NCBI GenBank assembly: GCA_029942245.1
Contig: JAOZTN010000006.1
Coordinates: 1-50,097 of the forward strand
Direction: 5' to 3'
Length of the DNA stretch: 50,097 nucleotides
Origin: Bacteroidales bacterium
Lineage (GTDB): Bacteria > Bacteroidota > Bacteroidia > Bacteroidales > B18-G4
The first letter of the stretch is position 1; every line of letters begins with the position of its first letter. A model generated the notes under the pieces. That model made no database searches. It saw only the letters and a program-made list of their open reading frames with translations, and was not told where the DNA came from. Shown one piece after another: positions 9,569 to 19,716 of this stretch. Both the position numbers and the translations under genes were made by a program.

Positions 9569-12500
9569 GTGAAAGGAATATTGAGCCACCGGGTTATCAG
9601 CTCCGTCATCGTTATGATGATGATGTTATGCTTTTCCTTCGAGGCCGGGGCACAGTTCTATAATGGCTCCCAACTGTCGTTTGGTAAAAACAGGGTACAG
9701 TACAAGGATTTTCTGTGGACCTTTTACAGCTTCGATAGGTTCGATACATATTTCTATCGCAACGGACAGGAGCTTGCCCAATATACTGCACGCTATGCAC
9801 AAAAATATATTGGCGAGATCGAATTAAAACTCGAGTCTACACTGGATGATAAGATACAGTTCATCATTTTCAATAACCTCTCGGACCTGAAGCAGAGTAA
9901 CATTGGTCTGATGCAGGATGAACAATACAATACCGGGGGGATCACACATATCATTGGCAAGAAGGTGTTTATTTATTTCGATGGCTCGCATACCCGCTTT
10001 GAGGAGCAGATCAGAGCGGGCATCTCATCTATTATTTTCAAGCAAATGATGTTTGGCCAGCGACTGGGGTCACAAATAAAGAATAACACCCTCTATACTA
10101 TGCCAGCTTGGTATGAAGATGGCCTGATGGCCTGGCTTTCGGAAGGCTGGGATACAGATGTTGATAACCGCGTACGCGATGGGATACTTTCAGGGAAGTA
10201 TGACAAATTCAACCATCTTACGGGTGTAGATGCCCTGGATGCAGGTCACTCGCTCTGGAAGTTTGTTGCAGATAACTTTGGATCCTCGGCGGTGCCGAAT
10301 GTAGTGCACATGACCAAGGTGACCAGAAGCGTGGAGAATGGTTTCCTTTATGTGGTAGGACTGTCGTTTACGAACCTGATCCTGGAATGGAAAAGGTATT
10401 ACATGGAGAAATACAGCGCAGATGAATCAGGACGCTACCTGCCATCTGTTGTCGTACAGAAAAAGGTAAAAGATAATCAGGTATACCTTCGGCCGGCACT
10501 AAACCCTGACGGGAACAGCCTCGCATATGTGAATAATGATATGGGCCGGTATAAACTTTATGTCAAGGACCTGGTGAGTGGCAAGCGAAGATGCATCTGG
10601 CGGGGAGGTTATAAGCTCGATGAGAAAACAGATTACAGCTATCCCTTGCTCGACTGGCACCCCATGGGTGATATCCTTGCCTTTATCGTTGAAAGAAAGG
10701 GGGAGGTTCATCTATTCTTTTACTCCAGGGAAACGAAGAAGCTCAACAAGATGATCCTCTACAACTTCGAGAAGATCACAAGCATAGCCTACACTCCGGA
10801 CGGCAGAAAGCTACTGGTGTCAGCAGTGCAGAAAGGGCAGTCAGACATTTTTCTCTTCAACATTTCTTCAGGATCGCATGAGCAGATCACCAACGATATT
10901 TTCGATGACCTCCATCCCCGATTTGTGCAAAACGGAAGGATGATTGTTTTCAGTTCGAACAGGATATCAGATACCCTGCCTCCTCCTATGGCTGAACCGC
11001 CTGAGGTGATCCCACATAATTACGACCTCTTTGCTTACAATTATAATAGCAGGAGCCAGGTGCTCAGACGGGTAACCAGCACACGTTTTGCCAATGAGCG
11101 TTTTCCCATGCCATATACCGATGGGCTGTTTACTTACCTGAGCGATAACAATGGTATCTACAACCGATATGTAGCCCGTTTCGACAGTGCGATCATTGCT
11201 GTCGATACCACCATCCACTACAGGTACTTCACCGAGTCGGTCCCGGTGACAAATTATTCAAGGAATATTATCTTTCATGATGTCAGCCCGGAAAGTATGC
11301 AGCTGGCACAGGTCGTTTACGATGATCATCTATATAAGATTTACCTGGAAGATATACCCCCCGGACCTCCTCTGGCTGAATCACTCGTAAATACGGCCTA
11401 TATGACCCAGCTGCAAGGCACATTGACGGCACCGGGAGTTACTCCCTCAGAGCCCGAAGAGCAGGAAAGGCCTCAGCCTGCACGGCAAAGATTTTTCAAT
11501 GTTTATGAAAGTGATACGCTATATGATAGCGGACAGGAGATCGACATCGATAATTATGTATTCGAACGACAGGCCTATGTAAATGTTGGTGGTGAGGAGC
11601 AAGCTGTCTGGAGGCTTGAAGGCGACAGCGTGCCGGGCTTCGTGGTCCCCAAGAAAAGGAATTACAGGGTTGAGTATTCCATGAACCAGTTTGTGACACA
11701 GATCGATTTCAATTTCATAAATATGACCTACCAGCCCTTTGCTGGTGGCGGGTCGCCCATTTTCCTGAACCCTGGCTTTAATGCGCTCTTTAAGATTGGA
11801 ATGACTGATTTGCTGGAAGATTATCGCCTTGTAGGAGGTGTCAGGCTGAACATTAACCTGATCAATAACGAATACATCTTCAGCTATAGCAACCTCAAGC
11901 GCAGGATGGATAAAGAGATCGTTCTTCACAGGGTAACAGTCGAGAATGTTAGCGGATACGAAATTGTCAGGAATCATTCTCATGAAGCGTATTTTGTCCT
12001 TAAATGGCCTTTCAGCCCTGTGTTTGCCGTGAAAGGGACTGCTTCATACAGAAACGATGCGCGGGTCGTGCTTGCCACTGACGTTAATGCCCTGAAAGAA
12101 AGGACCGTATATACCAACTGGGGAGGCCTCAAGGGGGAGTTGGTCTATGATAACACACGCAGTCTGGGGCTGAACCTCTACGATGGGACAAGGTTTAAGG
12201 TGTTTGCCGAATATTACCAGCAGATTGAACGGGGTAATCAACAGCTGATAGTTCTTGGGGCAGATTTCAGGCATTATATTAAGATACACCGGAGTTTTAT
12301 CTGGGCCAATCGCATCGCACTCAGTACCTCTATGGGTCACAATAAGTTGATATACTATATGGGTGGTGTTGATAATTGGCTGGCACCTAAATTCAATGGT
12401 GAAACACCCATCGACCAAACTCAGAATTATGCATTTCAGACGCTGGCCACCAATATGCGCGGCTTCCATCAGAATATACGGAACGGAAACAATTTTGCTG

Positions 12501-12847
12501 TTCTCAATTCAGAGTTGCGCATGCCGGTATTCAGGTATTTGTATAATCGTCCAATCAGGTCCGATTTCCTGAACAACTTTCAGCTTGTTGGTTTTGTTGA
12601 TGCAGGTACAGCCTGGACAAGTTGGAATCCATACTCCGGTGAGAATTCACTGTACACAAAATATATCTATAGCGGTTCACTGCTCATCATTGTAGAGCAG
12701 CAACGAGATCCCATGGTAGGAGGCTTCGGCTTCGGCCTAAGAAGCCGTATCCTTGGATACTTCATGCGTGGCGACCTGGCCTGGGGCGTTGAAGATGGCC
12801 GTATCTATAAACCGGTGTTTTACTTTTCTTTATCACTTGATTTCTAG
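9569..12847 (+). CDS. Large outer-membrane protein: peptidase-MA-like N-domain, PD40/TolB-like beta-propeller, C-terminal Omp85-like barrel
   Basis: Signal peptide ending AGA-Q, FGKNRVQY, PD40-type repeats (NPDG, TPDG, ITND..DDLHP), MRGF loop motif, FVDAG, terminal YFSLSLDF beta-signal. Confidence 0.72.
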   Translation: MKGILSHRVISSVIVMMMMLCFSFEAGAQFYNGSQLSFGKNRVQYKDFLWTFYSFDRFDTYFYRNGQELAQYTARYAQKYIGEIELKLESTLDDKIQFIIFNNLSDLKQSNIGLMQDEQYNTGGITHIIGKKVFIYFDGSHTRFEEQIRAGISSIIFKQMMFGQRLGSQIKNNTLYTMPAWYEDGLMAWLSEGWDTDVDNRVRDGILSGKYDKFNHLTGVDALDAGHSLWKFVADNFGSSAVPNVVHMTKVTRSVENGFLYVVGLSFTNLILEWKRYYMEKYSADESGRYLPSVVVQKKVKDNQVYLRPALNPDGNSLAYVNNDMGRYKLYVKDLVSGKRRCIWRGGYKLDEKTDYSYPLLDWHPMGDILAFIVERKGEVHLFFYSRETKKLNKMILYNFEKITSIAYTPDGRKLLVSAVQKGQSDIFLFNISSGSHEQITNDIFDDLHPRFVQNGRMIVFSSNRISDTLPPPMAEPPEVIPHNYDLFAYNYNSRSQVLRRVTSTRFANERFPMPYTDGLFTYLSDNNGIYNRYVARFDSAIIAVDTTIHYRYFTESVPVTNYSRNIIFHDVSPESMQLAQVVYDDHLYKIYLEDIPPGPPLAESLVNTAYMTQLQGTLTAPGVTPSEPEEQERPQPARQRFFNVYESDTLYDSGQEIDIDNYVFERQAYVNVGGEEQAVWRLEGDSVPGFVVPKKRNYRVEYSMNQFVTQIDFNFINMTYQPFAGGGSPIFLNPGFNALFKIGMTDLLEDYRLVGGVRLNINLINNEYIFSYSNLKRRMDKEIVLHRVTVENVSGYEIVRNHSHEAYFVLKWPFSPVFAVKGTASYRNDARVVLATDVNALKERTVYTNWGGLKGELVYDNTRSLGLNLYDGTRFKVFAEYYQQIERGNQQLIVLGADFRHYIKIHRSFIWANRIALSTSMGHNKLIYYMGGVDNWLAPKFNGETPIDQTQNYAFQTLATNMRGFHQNIRNGNNFAVLNSELRMPVFRYLYNRPIRSDFLNNFQLVGFVDAGTAWTSWNPYSGENSLYTKYIYSGSLLIIVEQQRDPMVGGFGFGLRSRILGYFMRGDLAWGVEDGRIYKPVFYFSLSLDF

Positions 12848-12909
12848 AAGTATCGAAGGAGTGTTATTTTGCTTTCTGAAATAAAAACACCTCACCCCCA
12901 ATATTTTTT

Positions 12910-12924
12910 TGGCACGCGCTTTGG
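12910..12924 (+). promoter_or_regulatory. Candidate sigma-54 (-24/-12) promoter
   Basis: TGGCACG-CGCT-TTGG versus consensus TGGCACG-N4-TTGC, about 50 bp upstream of the lipoprotein gene. Confidence 0.55.
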
Positions 12925-12971
12925 ATTATAAGGGCAGGGCCCAATAAATTATAAACCTTTAAATCCTGTTA

Positions 12972-13568
12972 GTGATGAAAGCAAATGCAAAAAAATCCGC
13001 TTTGAAAGCCGCGACAGGGATGTGCGGGTCACAGTTTCGATGGCTCTTTTATCTGGCGCTGGCTACCCTATTTCTCAGTTCATGTTACACCGAACCATGG
13101 TATGGCTATAATGGCCAGCCGGGGAATGCATTTCTCGCACTCAATTGGGTTGATGCCAAGCCTGAGTATATCGATGCAGGTACAGGGGATATCCCTCCCA
13201 TGTTCCACTACGGAACCTATTATAAAGCATGGCCTGGCTTTTACACTCTTTATTATGATGGCAGTTTCTGGAACGGACAGGCAAATGTTTTTTATGCCTG
13301 GGAAGTTGATTATGAGATCTGGCAGACTACCGGGGAGCCGGGAGGCATGTACTACAATGGTGCCAATGGCCCCAACAACTACTTTTCTGTAGAGTGCAGC
13401 CCATATGGACCATGGGTATACGGACCTGGCTATAAAACAGCCGAACTGCCGGATGGCTTTGAACTGAAAGAAGAATCTGATGAAAAGATCATCATTGAAA
13501 AGGCAGGTACCGATTTTGGAATCACGATAACGTATAGAAAAGTTTCACCCAGAAACGTAAGTTTATAG
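12972..13568 (+). CDS. Hypothetical Tyr/Trp/Gly-rich lipoprotein
   Basis: Hydrophobic stretch followed by lipobox LSSC; fills the gap between genes; no family recognised. Start codon uncertain. Confidence 0.65.
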   Translation: MMKANAKKSALKAATGMCGSQFRWLFYLALATLFLSSCYTEPWYGYNGQPGNAFLALNWVDAKPEYIDAGTGDIPPMFHYGTYYKAWPGFYTLYYDGSFWNGQANVFYAWEVDYEIWQTTGEPGGMYYNGANGPNNYFSVECSPYGPWVYGPGYKTAELPDGFELKEESDEKIIIEKAGTDFGITITYRKVSPRNVSL

Positions 13569-13638
13569 AATAGAGGAACAGAGGAGTATGGAGTGCGGAA
13601 TTATTATTCAACATTCTATACTCCTCTGTTCACTATTC
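13568..13638. repeat. Long intergenic inverted repeat (RNA hairpin)
   Basis: GAACAGAGGAGTATGGAGTG (13576-13595) pairs with CATTCTATACTCCTCTGTTC (13612-13631). Both mismatches are G-U compatible on the + transcript. Confidence 0.65.
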
Positions 13639-13668
13639 ATTTACTATCTTGCATAAAAATTCCTATCA

Positions 13669-14772
13669 ATGGACTATAAGCAAGATAAAAGGACCATACT
13701 TTCCCTCGATGCCGGTGGCACAAATTTTGATTTTTTTGCTGTGAAAGGGGGGATTTTGATTGGCGATAAGTTCCGCCACCCCGCAGCTGTGGATACACTG
13801 GACGAAATGCTCAATATGATCATCAAGGGCTTTGAGCAGGTGAAAGAACAATCAGGAGAGAAGGCTTCAGCAATCAGCTTCTGCTTCCCGGGCCCGGCAG
13901 ATTTCATCAAGGGCATTATCGGCGACCTGGAGAACCTTCCTCTGTTCAGAGGAGGCGTGCCGCTAAAAGCCATGCTTGAAGAGCATTTTGGAATACCGGT
14001 TTTTATCAATAATGACGGAGACCTTTTTACATATGGAGAAGCCATAGCAGGACTGCTTCCGGAAGTGAACGAAGCGCTGAAAAATGCCGGGAGTACAAGG
14101 AAATATAATAACCTGCTTGGTGTGACCTTCGGTACCGGATTTGGTGGCGGGATCGTCAGGCATGGTGAACTGTTTACCGGTGATAATTCTGCAGGGGCAG
14201 AGATCAACCGCATGCGTAATAAATTATATCCGCAAACCAGTGCAGAAGACAGCGTAACCATCCGTGCCATAAAGCGGGTCTACGCCCGGGAGGCAGGTCT
14301 GCCGATGAATGAGATTCCGGAGCCGGAAATGATCTATAAGATCGGAATGGGTAAAGATCAAGGAAAGGGAGAAGCCGCCAGGAAAGCCTTTTCTGAGCTG
14401 GCAGAAGTGGCCGGCAACAGCATAGCTGATGCGGTTACCCTGACTGATGGCCTTGTTGTCATTGGAGGAGGACTTGCCGGCGCCTGGCCGCTCTTCCTTC
14501 AGCAACTGGTGGATGAGATGAACTGGTCTTATAAAGAAATTAGTGGCAATGAACTGCCCAGGATGGAGATACTGGCCTACAATCTCAGGAATGAGGATTG
14601 CTTCAAGGATTTTATAAAAGATACATCTGTACCGGTAAAAGTGCCTTTTAGCGACAAAACAGTTGATTATGACCCGGTGAAGAAAGTAGCCGTAGGTATT
14701 TCGAGGCTTGGAACATCACGGGCCGTCGCCGTCGGGGCCTATGCCTTCGCCCTGAATGAACTTTCTAATTGA
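13669..14772 (+). CDS. ROK family sugar kinase
   Basis: LDAGGTN phosphate loop, FPGP, INNDGD, TFGTGFGGG and VIGGG motifs; no N-terminal HTH. Confidence 0.88.
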   Translation: MDYKQDKRTILSLDAGGTNFDFFAVKGGILIGDKFRHPAAVDTLDEMLNMIIKGFEQVKEQSGEKASAISFCFPGPADFIKGIIGDLENLPLFRGGVPLKAMLEEHFGIPVFINNDGDLFTYGEAIAGLLPEVNEALKNAGSTRKYNNLLGVTFGTGFGGGIVRHGELFTGDNSAGAEINRMRNKLYPQTSAEDSVTIRAIKRVYAREAGLPMNEIPEPEMIYKIGMGKDQGKGEAARKAFSELAEVAGNSIADAVTLTDGLVVIGGGLAGAWPLFLQQLVDEMNWSYKEISGNELPRMEILAYNLRNEDCFKDFIKDTSVPVKVPFSDKTVDYDPVKKVAVGISRLGTSRAVAVGAYAFALNELSN

Positions 14773-14802
14773 TAATTGGTTAATATGAAAGTTCAACTTA
14801 AC

Positions 14803-14874
14803 GTCATTTCGAACGCAGTGAGAAATCTGTTCATAAAAATTAGCATATAGATTTCTCCCTCAGGTCGAAATAAC
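14803..14874. repeat. REP-like imperfect palindrome (GTCATTTCGA...AGAAATCT type)
   Basis: GTCATTTCGAACGCAGTGAGAAATCT ... AGATTTCTCCCTCAGGTCGAAATAAC form inverted arms around a ~20-nt spacer. Confidence 0.75.
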
Positions 14875-14909
14875 TACAATTAGGATTAGATTTAACACTC
14901 AAAACTGAA

Positions 14910-15749
14910 ATGAATCTATTTGCAATAGAAACCGGAAACCTGAAGTTAGATGGTGGGACTATGTTTGGTGTAGTGCCAAAGGTGCTCTGGCAAAAACAAT
15001 ATCCTGCTGATGAGAACAACCTTTGCAACTGGGCCATGCGTTGCCTTCTCATCAAAGATGAGGACAGGCTTATCCTGATCGATAATGGCATTGGCGACAA
15101 ACAGGAACATAGTTTCCTGAAACACTATCACCTGAACGGGGATGACACCCTGGAAGGTTCACTGGCCAAGTACGGCTTCAAACCATCAGATGTAACCGAC
15201 ATGATCCTTACCCATCTGCATTTCGACCATTGCGGAGGCAGCATAAAATATAATGATGACCAAACAGCATACGAATTAGCATTTCCCAATGCCACCTATT
15301 GGGTCAGCCGTGCACAACATGACTGGGCGACAGATCCGAACCATCGCGAAAGCGCGTCCTTCCTGAAAGAAAATATTTTCCCCATACAGGAAGGTGGTAA
15401 GCTGAAGCTAATTGAAGAGGAAGGCGAGATACTGCCACACATCTCCGTCAGGATCTACAATGGGCATACCGAAGGACAGATCATCCCCTTGATCTCATAT
15501 CATGGCCGGACGATAGCCTTTATGGCCGACCTCCTGCCGGCAACACCACATATTCCCATGTCATGGATCATGGCCTATGATACGAAGCCCCTGCTAACCC
15601 TTGAAGATAAAAGCAGGTTCTATTCAGAAGCCATACCGGGCGATTACATCCTCTTTTTTGAGCATGACCTTTACAATGAGTGCTGCACTATTCAGGAAAC
15701 GGAAAAAGGAGTGAGGGTGAAGGAGACGTTTAAACTTTCAAAAATTTAA
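14910..15749 (+). CDS. MBL-fold metallo-hydrolase (YtnP-like)
   Basis: LDGGTMFGVVPKVLW, THLHFDHCGG, GHT, MAYD and FEHD motifs. Confidence 0.9.
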   Translation: MNLFAIETGNLKLDGGTMFGVVPKVLWQKQYPADENNLCNWAMRCLLIKDEDRLILIDNGIGDKQEHSFLKHYHLNGDDTLEGSLAKYGFKPSDVTDMILTHLHFDHCGGSIKYNDDQTAYELAFPNATYWVSRAQHDWATDPNHRESASFLKENIFPIQEGGKLKLIEEEGEILPHISVRIYNGHTEGQIIPLISYHGRTIAFMADLLPATPHIPMSWIMAYDTKPLLTLEDKSRFYSEAIPGDYILFFEHDLYNECCTIQETEKGVRVKETFKLSKI

Positions 15750-15846
15750 AGAGATGTTGCTAGGTTCTATGTGGATTCTACTATCTCCATTCAAAACTCA
15801 TGATTACCAATCTTCAATAATCACTATTCATTAGGATCTCATCATT

Positions 15847-16689
15847 CTAAAAGCTGTATCTAGATGCAATTTTCCTCAGAAGTTTAGCATCCAAACCATG
15901 TTCAATATTATTCTTTTCACAATACTCCACCAGTGATAGCGTATTCAGGTTTCCGAGGAGATCACGGTCTGTCATGGGGCAGCCTCCGATGCCTCCAAGA
16001 ACAGTATCGAAGCGTCTGACGCCTGCCTGGTAGGCGGCATCTACCTTATCATAATACTCATTTGGGATGGTATGCAGGTGGATACCGAATTCCATTTCCG
16101 GAAATGCCGGGATGAGCCTGCTAAATACGTCATGGATCAGGTCGGGCCCTGCCAGGCCAATCACATCTGCAATGGGGAGCACACGAAAACCCTCTTCATA
16201 AAAATAGCCTGAGAAGTCCTCCAACATATCGATAGACCAGGAATCGCCATATGGATTTCCGAAGCCCATGGAGATTACCACCAGCAATTCCTTGAGGTTT
16301 GCTTCCGCCAGGTCTTGCAGCTCCCTTACAAACAATTTCGACTTATCGAAGTTAGAGTTGATATTTTTTCTCTGGAAAGTTTCTGATAGTGCAAAAGGAA
16401 AATAGAGTTGATCGATAACATTGAAACGGATAGCTTCCAGGCCGCCTTTCATGTTAGCCACCAGGGCCATCACCATCGACTTTGTATCGTCCAGATCAAG
16501 GCCTGCCAGTACTTCTGGCGTATCCTTCATCTGTGGGATCGCTTTTGACGAAACAAAACTACCTGCCTCCACAGTTTCAAACCCTGCTTTTAAAAGCTGG
16601 TTGATATAATCAGTTTTCACTGCCGTGGGAATAAACATCGGGATCCCCTGGAAGCCGTCGCGGGGTGTTTCAATTATTTTTAAGCTCAT
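15847..16689 (-). CDS. hmgL: Hydroxymethylglutaryl-CoA lyase
   Basis: ETPRDGFQ, GSFVSSKAIPQM, HLHT and GGIGGCP...GNL motifs. Confidence 0.85.
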   Translation of the reverse strand: MSLKIIETPRDGFQGIPMFIPTAVKTDYINQLLKAGFETVEAGSFVSSKAIPQMKDTPEVLAGLDLDDTKSMVMALVANMKGGLEAIRFNVIDQLYFPFALSETFQRKNINSNFDKSKLFVRELQDLAEANLKELLVVISMGFGNPYGDSWSIDMLEDFSGYFYEEGFRVLPIADVIGLAGPDLIHDVFSRLIPAFPEMEFGIHLHTIPNEYYDKVDAAYQAGVRRFDTVLGGIGGCPMTDRDLLGNLNTLSLVEYCEKNNIEHGLDAKLLRKIASRYSF

Positions 16690-16805
16690 AGATTACATAT
16701 AGTGAATAGTGCCTAACTGGAACTATAACTTACATAATTAAGAAATTGTTCACTTAATAAATACAATCAGGCACTAGCAACCAGGTACTAGCAATTGTGC
16801 ACTTT

Positions 16806-17822
16806 TTACTTTCTCCCGCTCAACTCCTTCGGAATCCTACCGTTCTTGATGGCTTCGGAGCGCAGAGGCCTGCCGCAGATACGTTCAACCATGCGGCCGA
16901 TCTCCAGCACCTTGTCAACATCAAGACCTGTATCGATTCCCATTTCATCCATCATTACCACCATGTCTTCGGTAGAGACCAGCCCTACGATATTCGGATC
17001 TTTGTAATAGTAGTTGCCGGTACCTGAGACGGGAACGCCGCTCACAAAATTGGCAGGCTGTCCGCCTATGCCACCCATGGTTGATTCGTAGTTTGTCATT
17101 CCCGCCTGTAGAGCCGCCAGCACATTTGCCATACCCCATCCCCTTGATGTGTGGAAATGAACGATATGTTTTGCCGGGTCCGGAATAGCATCCAACAACA
17201 TGGAGTAATATTTATAAACCCTGTCGGGGGATGCTGAACCATCATGGTCGGCATGTTCAATGTCGTCGGCTCCAATATCAAGGAAGTGTTTGGTGAAATC
17301 AATGGCCTTTGACATCTCCGTGGGGCCTTCTATGGGGCAACCCCATATGGTGCTTACGGTACCATTTACCAGGATACCGGCATCATGACATTTGGGAATG
17401 TATTCCTCGCACATCTTGAAATACTCTGCAATAGTCAGACCGGAGTTTTTCATCTGATGTGATTCCGAAGTAGATACCATCACAAGGATCCTGTCAGGTC
17501 CGTATCCATCCTTTTTGGCCTGTATGGCCCTGTCGATGGAACGCTCACGAATAGTGATCGCAGTCACGGTTACATCATCCAGTTTGTCTTTTACCTTTTT
17601 GCTTTTATGCAAACGCATCATCAGATCGTCAGCATCAGCAAATTGTGGCATCCCCTTCGGGTTACCAAAGTTGGTTGACTCAATGTTTCTAAAGCCGGCC
17701 AGGATCGATTGCTCAAGGACCCATAGCTTGGCCTCTGTCGGGATGAATTGTTCTTCATGCTGAAAACCGTCCCTCACGGTGATATCACCAATTCTAACTT
17801 TCTTTGGATAATTGAAGCTCAT
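16806..17822 (-). CDS. HMG-CoA-lyase-like DRE-TIM metallolyase (second, divergent homolog)
   Basis: VRDGFQHE, STIWGCP, HFHTSRG and STEDMVVM motifs; GGQP replaces GGCP. Confidence 0.8.
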   Translation of the reverse strand: MSFNYPKKVRIGDITVRDGFQHEEQFIPTEAKLWVLEQSILAGFRNIESTNFGNPKGMPQFADADDLMMRLHKSKKVKDKLDDVTVTAITIRERSIDRAIQAKKDGYGPDRILVMVSTSESHQMKNSGLTIAEYFKMCEEYIPKCHDAGILVNGTVSTIWGCPIEGPTEMSKAIDFTKHFLDIGADDIEHADHDGSASPDRVYKYYSMLLDAIPDPAKHIVHFHTSRGWGMANVLAALQAGMTNYESTMGGIGGQPANFVSGVPVSGTGNYYYKDPNIVGLVSTEDMVVMMDEMGIDTGLDVDKVLEIGRMVERICGRPLRSEAIKNGRIPKELSGRK

Positions 17823-18096
17823 ATACTTACGAATTTTAAATTTTGAGTGTTGAATTTTGGGCTAATTTGGCATGCCATTCTTCCTTGCTAAGATAGAAAA
17901 AAATGCCAAATTTCCAAGTTCTGTTTATATCTTTTTGAGGCAGTGCGAATTGGACTCTGAGTCAACATTTTCGGGCCTCATACATATACTGAAAACTTAA
18001 TTTTCATAAGTAGTAAATTTTAGTTATAATTGCATTATATTGTATTGAAATATACCACATTGTTCATTTTATCTTCTTTAAAATAAAAGCCTTCAG

Positions 18097-19704
18097 ATGT
18101 TCAAACTAGAGACCAAAATTGATGTAAACTCAAAGGAGTTTAAACAAAACAAGAAAGCCTTTCTTGAACTGCTCGATAAATACAAAGGGATCCTTAAGGA
18201 TGTGACTGGTGGCGGTTCGGAAAATGCCATCCGCAAACACAAGGAAAGAGGCAAGTTACTTGCCAGGGAAAGGATCAATAAACTGATCGACCCAAACACC
18301 CCTTTTCTGGAACTCTCTCAACTGGCTGCTTATGATCAGTATGATAATGGCTTCCCATCAGCAGGGATTGTAACAGGTATTGGTGTAGTCCAGGGTAGGG
18401 AAACGGTGATTATCGCCAATGATGCTACCGTGAAAGGCGGCACCTATATGCAGTGGACCATCCGCAAGCATTTGCGTGCCCAGGATATCGCCATGGAGAA
18501 CAAACTCCCGACAGTATATATGGTCGATTCTGGCGGGGCATTCCTTCCGGAACAGGATACAGTTTTCCCTGACAAGAATCATTTTGGACGCTTCTTCTAC
18601 AACCAGGCCAGGCTTTCCGCCATGGGTGTACCACAGATCGCCATCGTAATGGGTTCATGTACAGCGGGGGGTGCTTATGTGCCTGCTATGAGCGATGAGA
18701 CTATCATCGTGAAAAACCAGGGGACCATCTTCCTGGGTGGTCCGCCACTGGTGAAGGCTGCTACCGGCGAAGTCGTGACGGCCGAAGAACTTGGTGGAGG
18801 TGACGTGCATACCCGTATTTCCGGGGTGGCCGATCACCTGGCCGATAACGATACACACGCTATACAGATCTGTCGCAATATCTTTCAGTCGATGGATGAG
18901 CACAAGAAACAAATGTTGGATATAATTGCTCCTGAAGAACCTGCTTATGACCCGCAGGAGCTTTACGGTATCGCCCCTGTCGACTTTAAGAAGGCAGTCG
19001 ACTCCCGTGAGGTGATCGCACGTATGGTGGATGGGAGCAAATTCCATGAGTTCAAAGAAAACTATGCACCAACTATCGTCACAGGATTTGCCCGCATAAT
19101 GGGATACCCGGTGGGGATACTCGCAAACAATGGTGTGCTGATGCCTGAATCTGCAGTGAAAGCCACTCACTTTATCGAACTATGTACTTCTCGAAAGATC
19201 CCGCTGGTATTCCTCCAGAATATTACAGGCTTTATCGTTGGTAAGGACTTTGAACATCGGGGTATCGCCAAAGATGGCGCCAAGATGGTACATGCTGTGG
19301 CCAATGCCAATGTGCCCAAGTTCACCATATTGTTCGGGGGCTCATTCGGTGCCGGAAATTACGGCATGGCCGGAAGGGCCTACGACCCCAGGCTGCTCTT
19401 CATGTGGCCCAATGCCAAGATCTCTGTGATGGGTGGCCAGCAGGCTGCTAATGTGCTCATCTCTGTGAAACAGGATCAGTACCTAGCCAAAGGACAGGAA
19501 ATGCCTCAGGAGGAGATTGACAAGATGCGCAACAATATCGTGAATAAATACAACTTGGAAGGATCAGCCTATTATAGTACTTCCAGGCTCTGGGATGATG
19601 GTATCCTTGATCCGGTTGATACCAGGAAAGTTATAGGGATGGGCATTGCCATGTCCCTGAACAATCCTTTCCCGGATCAGAAATTCGGTGTTTTCAGAAT
19701 GTAA
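18097..19704 (+). CDS. liuB: 3-methylcrotonyl-CoA carboxylase beta (carboxyltransferase) subunit
   Basis: [49 protein letters not shown] and the terminal FGVFRM are typical of MCC beta. Confidence 0.9.
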   Translation: MFKLETKIDVNSKEFKQNKKAFLELLDKYKGILKDVTGGGSENAIRKHKERGKLLARERINKLIDPNTPFLELSQLAAYDQYDNGFPSAGIVTGIGVVQGRETVIIANDATVKGGTYMQWTIRKHLRAQDIAMENKLPTVYMVDSGGAFLPEQDTVFPDKNHFGRFFYNQARLSAMGVPQIAIVMGSCTAGGAYVPAMSDETIIVKNQGTIFLGGPPLVKAATGEVVTAEELGGGDVHTRISGVADHLADNDTHAIQICRNIFQSMDEHKKQMLDIIAPEEPAYDPQELYGIAPVDFKKAVDSREVIARMVDGSKFHEFKENYAPTIVTGFARIMGYPVGILANNGVLMPESAVKATHFIELCTSRKIPLVFLQNITGFIVGKDFEHRGIAKDGAKMVHAVANANVPKFTILFGGSFGAGNYGMAGRAYDPRLLFMWPNAKISVMGGQQAANVLISVKQDQYLAKGQEMPQEEIDKMRNNIVNKYNLEGSAYYSTSRLWDDGILDPVDTRKVIGMGIAMSLNNPFPDQKFGVFRM

Positions 19705-19716
19705 ACCAATAGCAGT

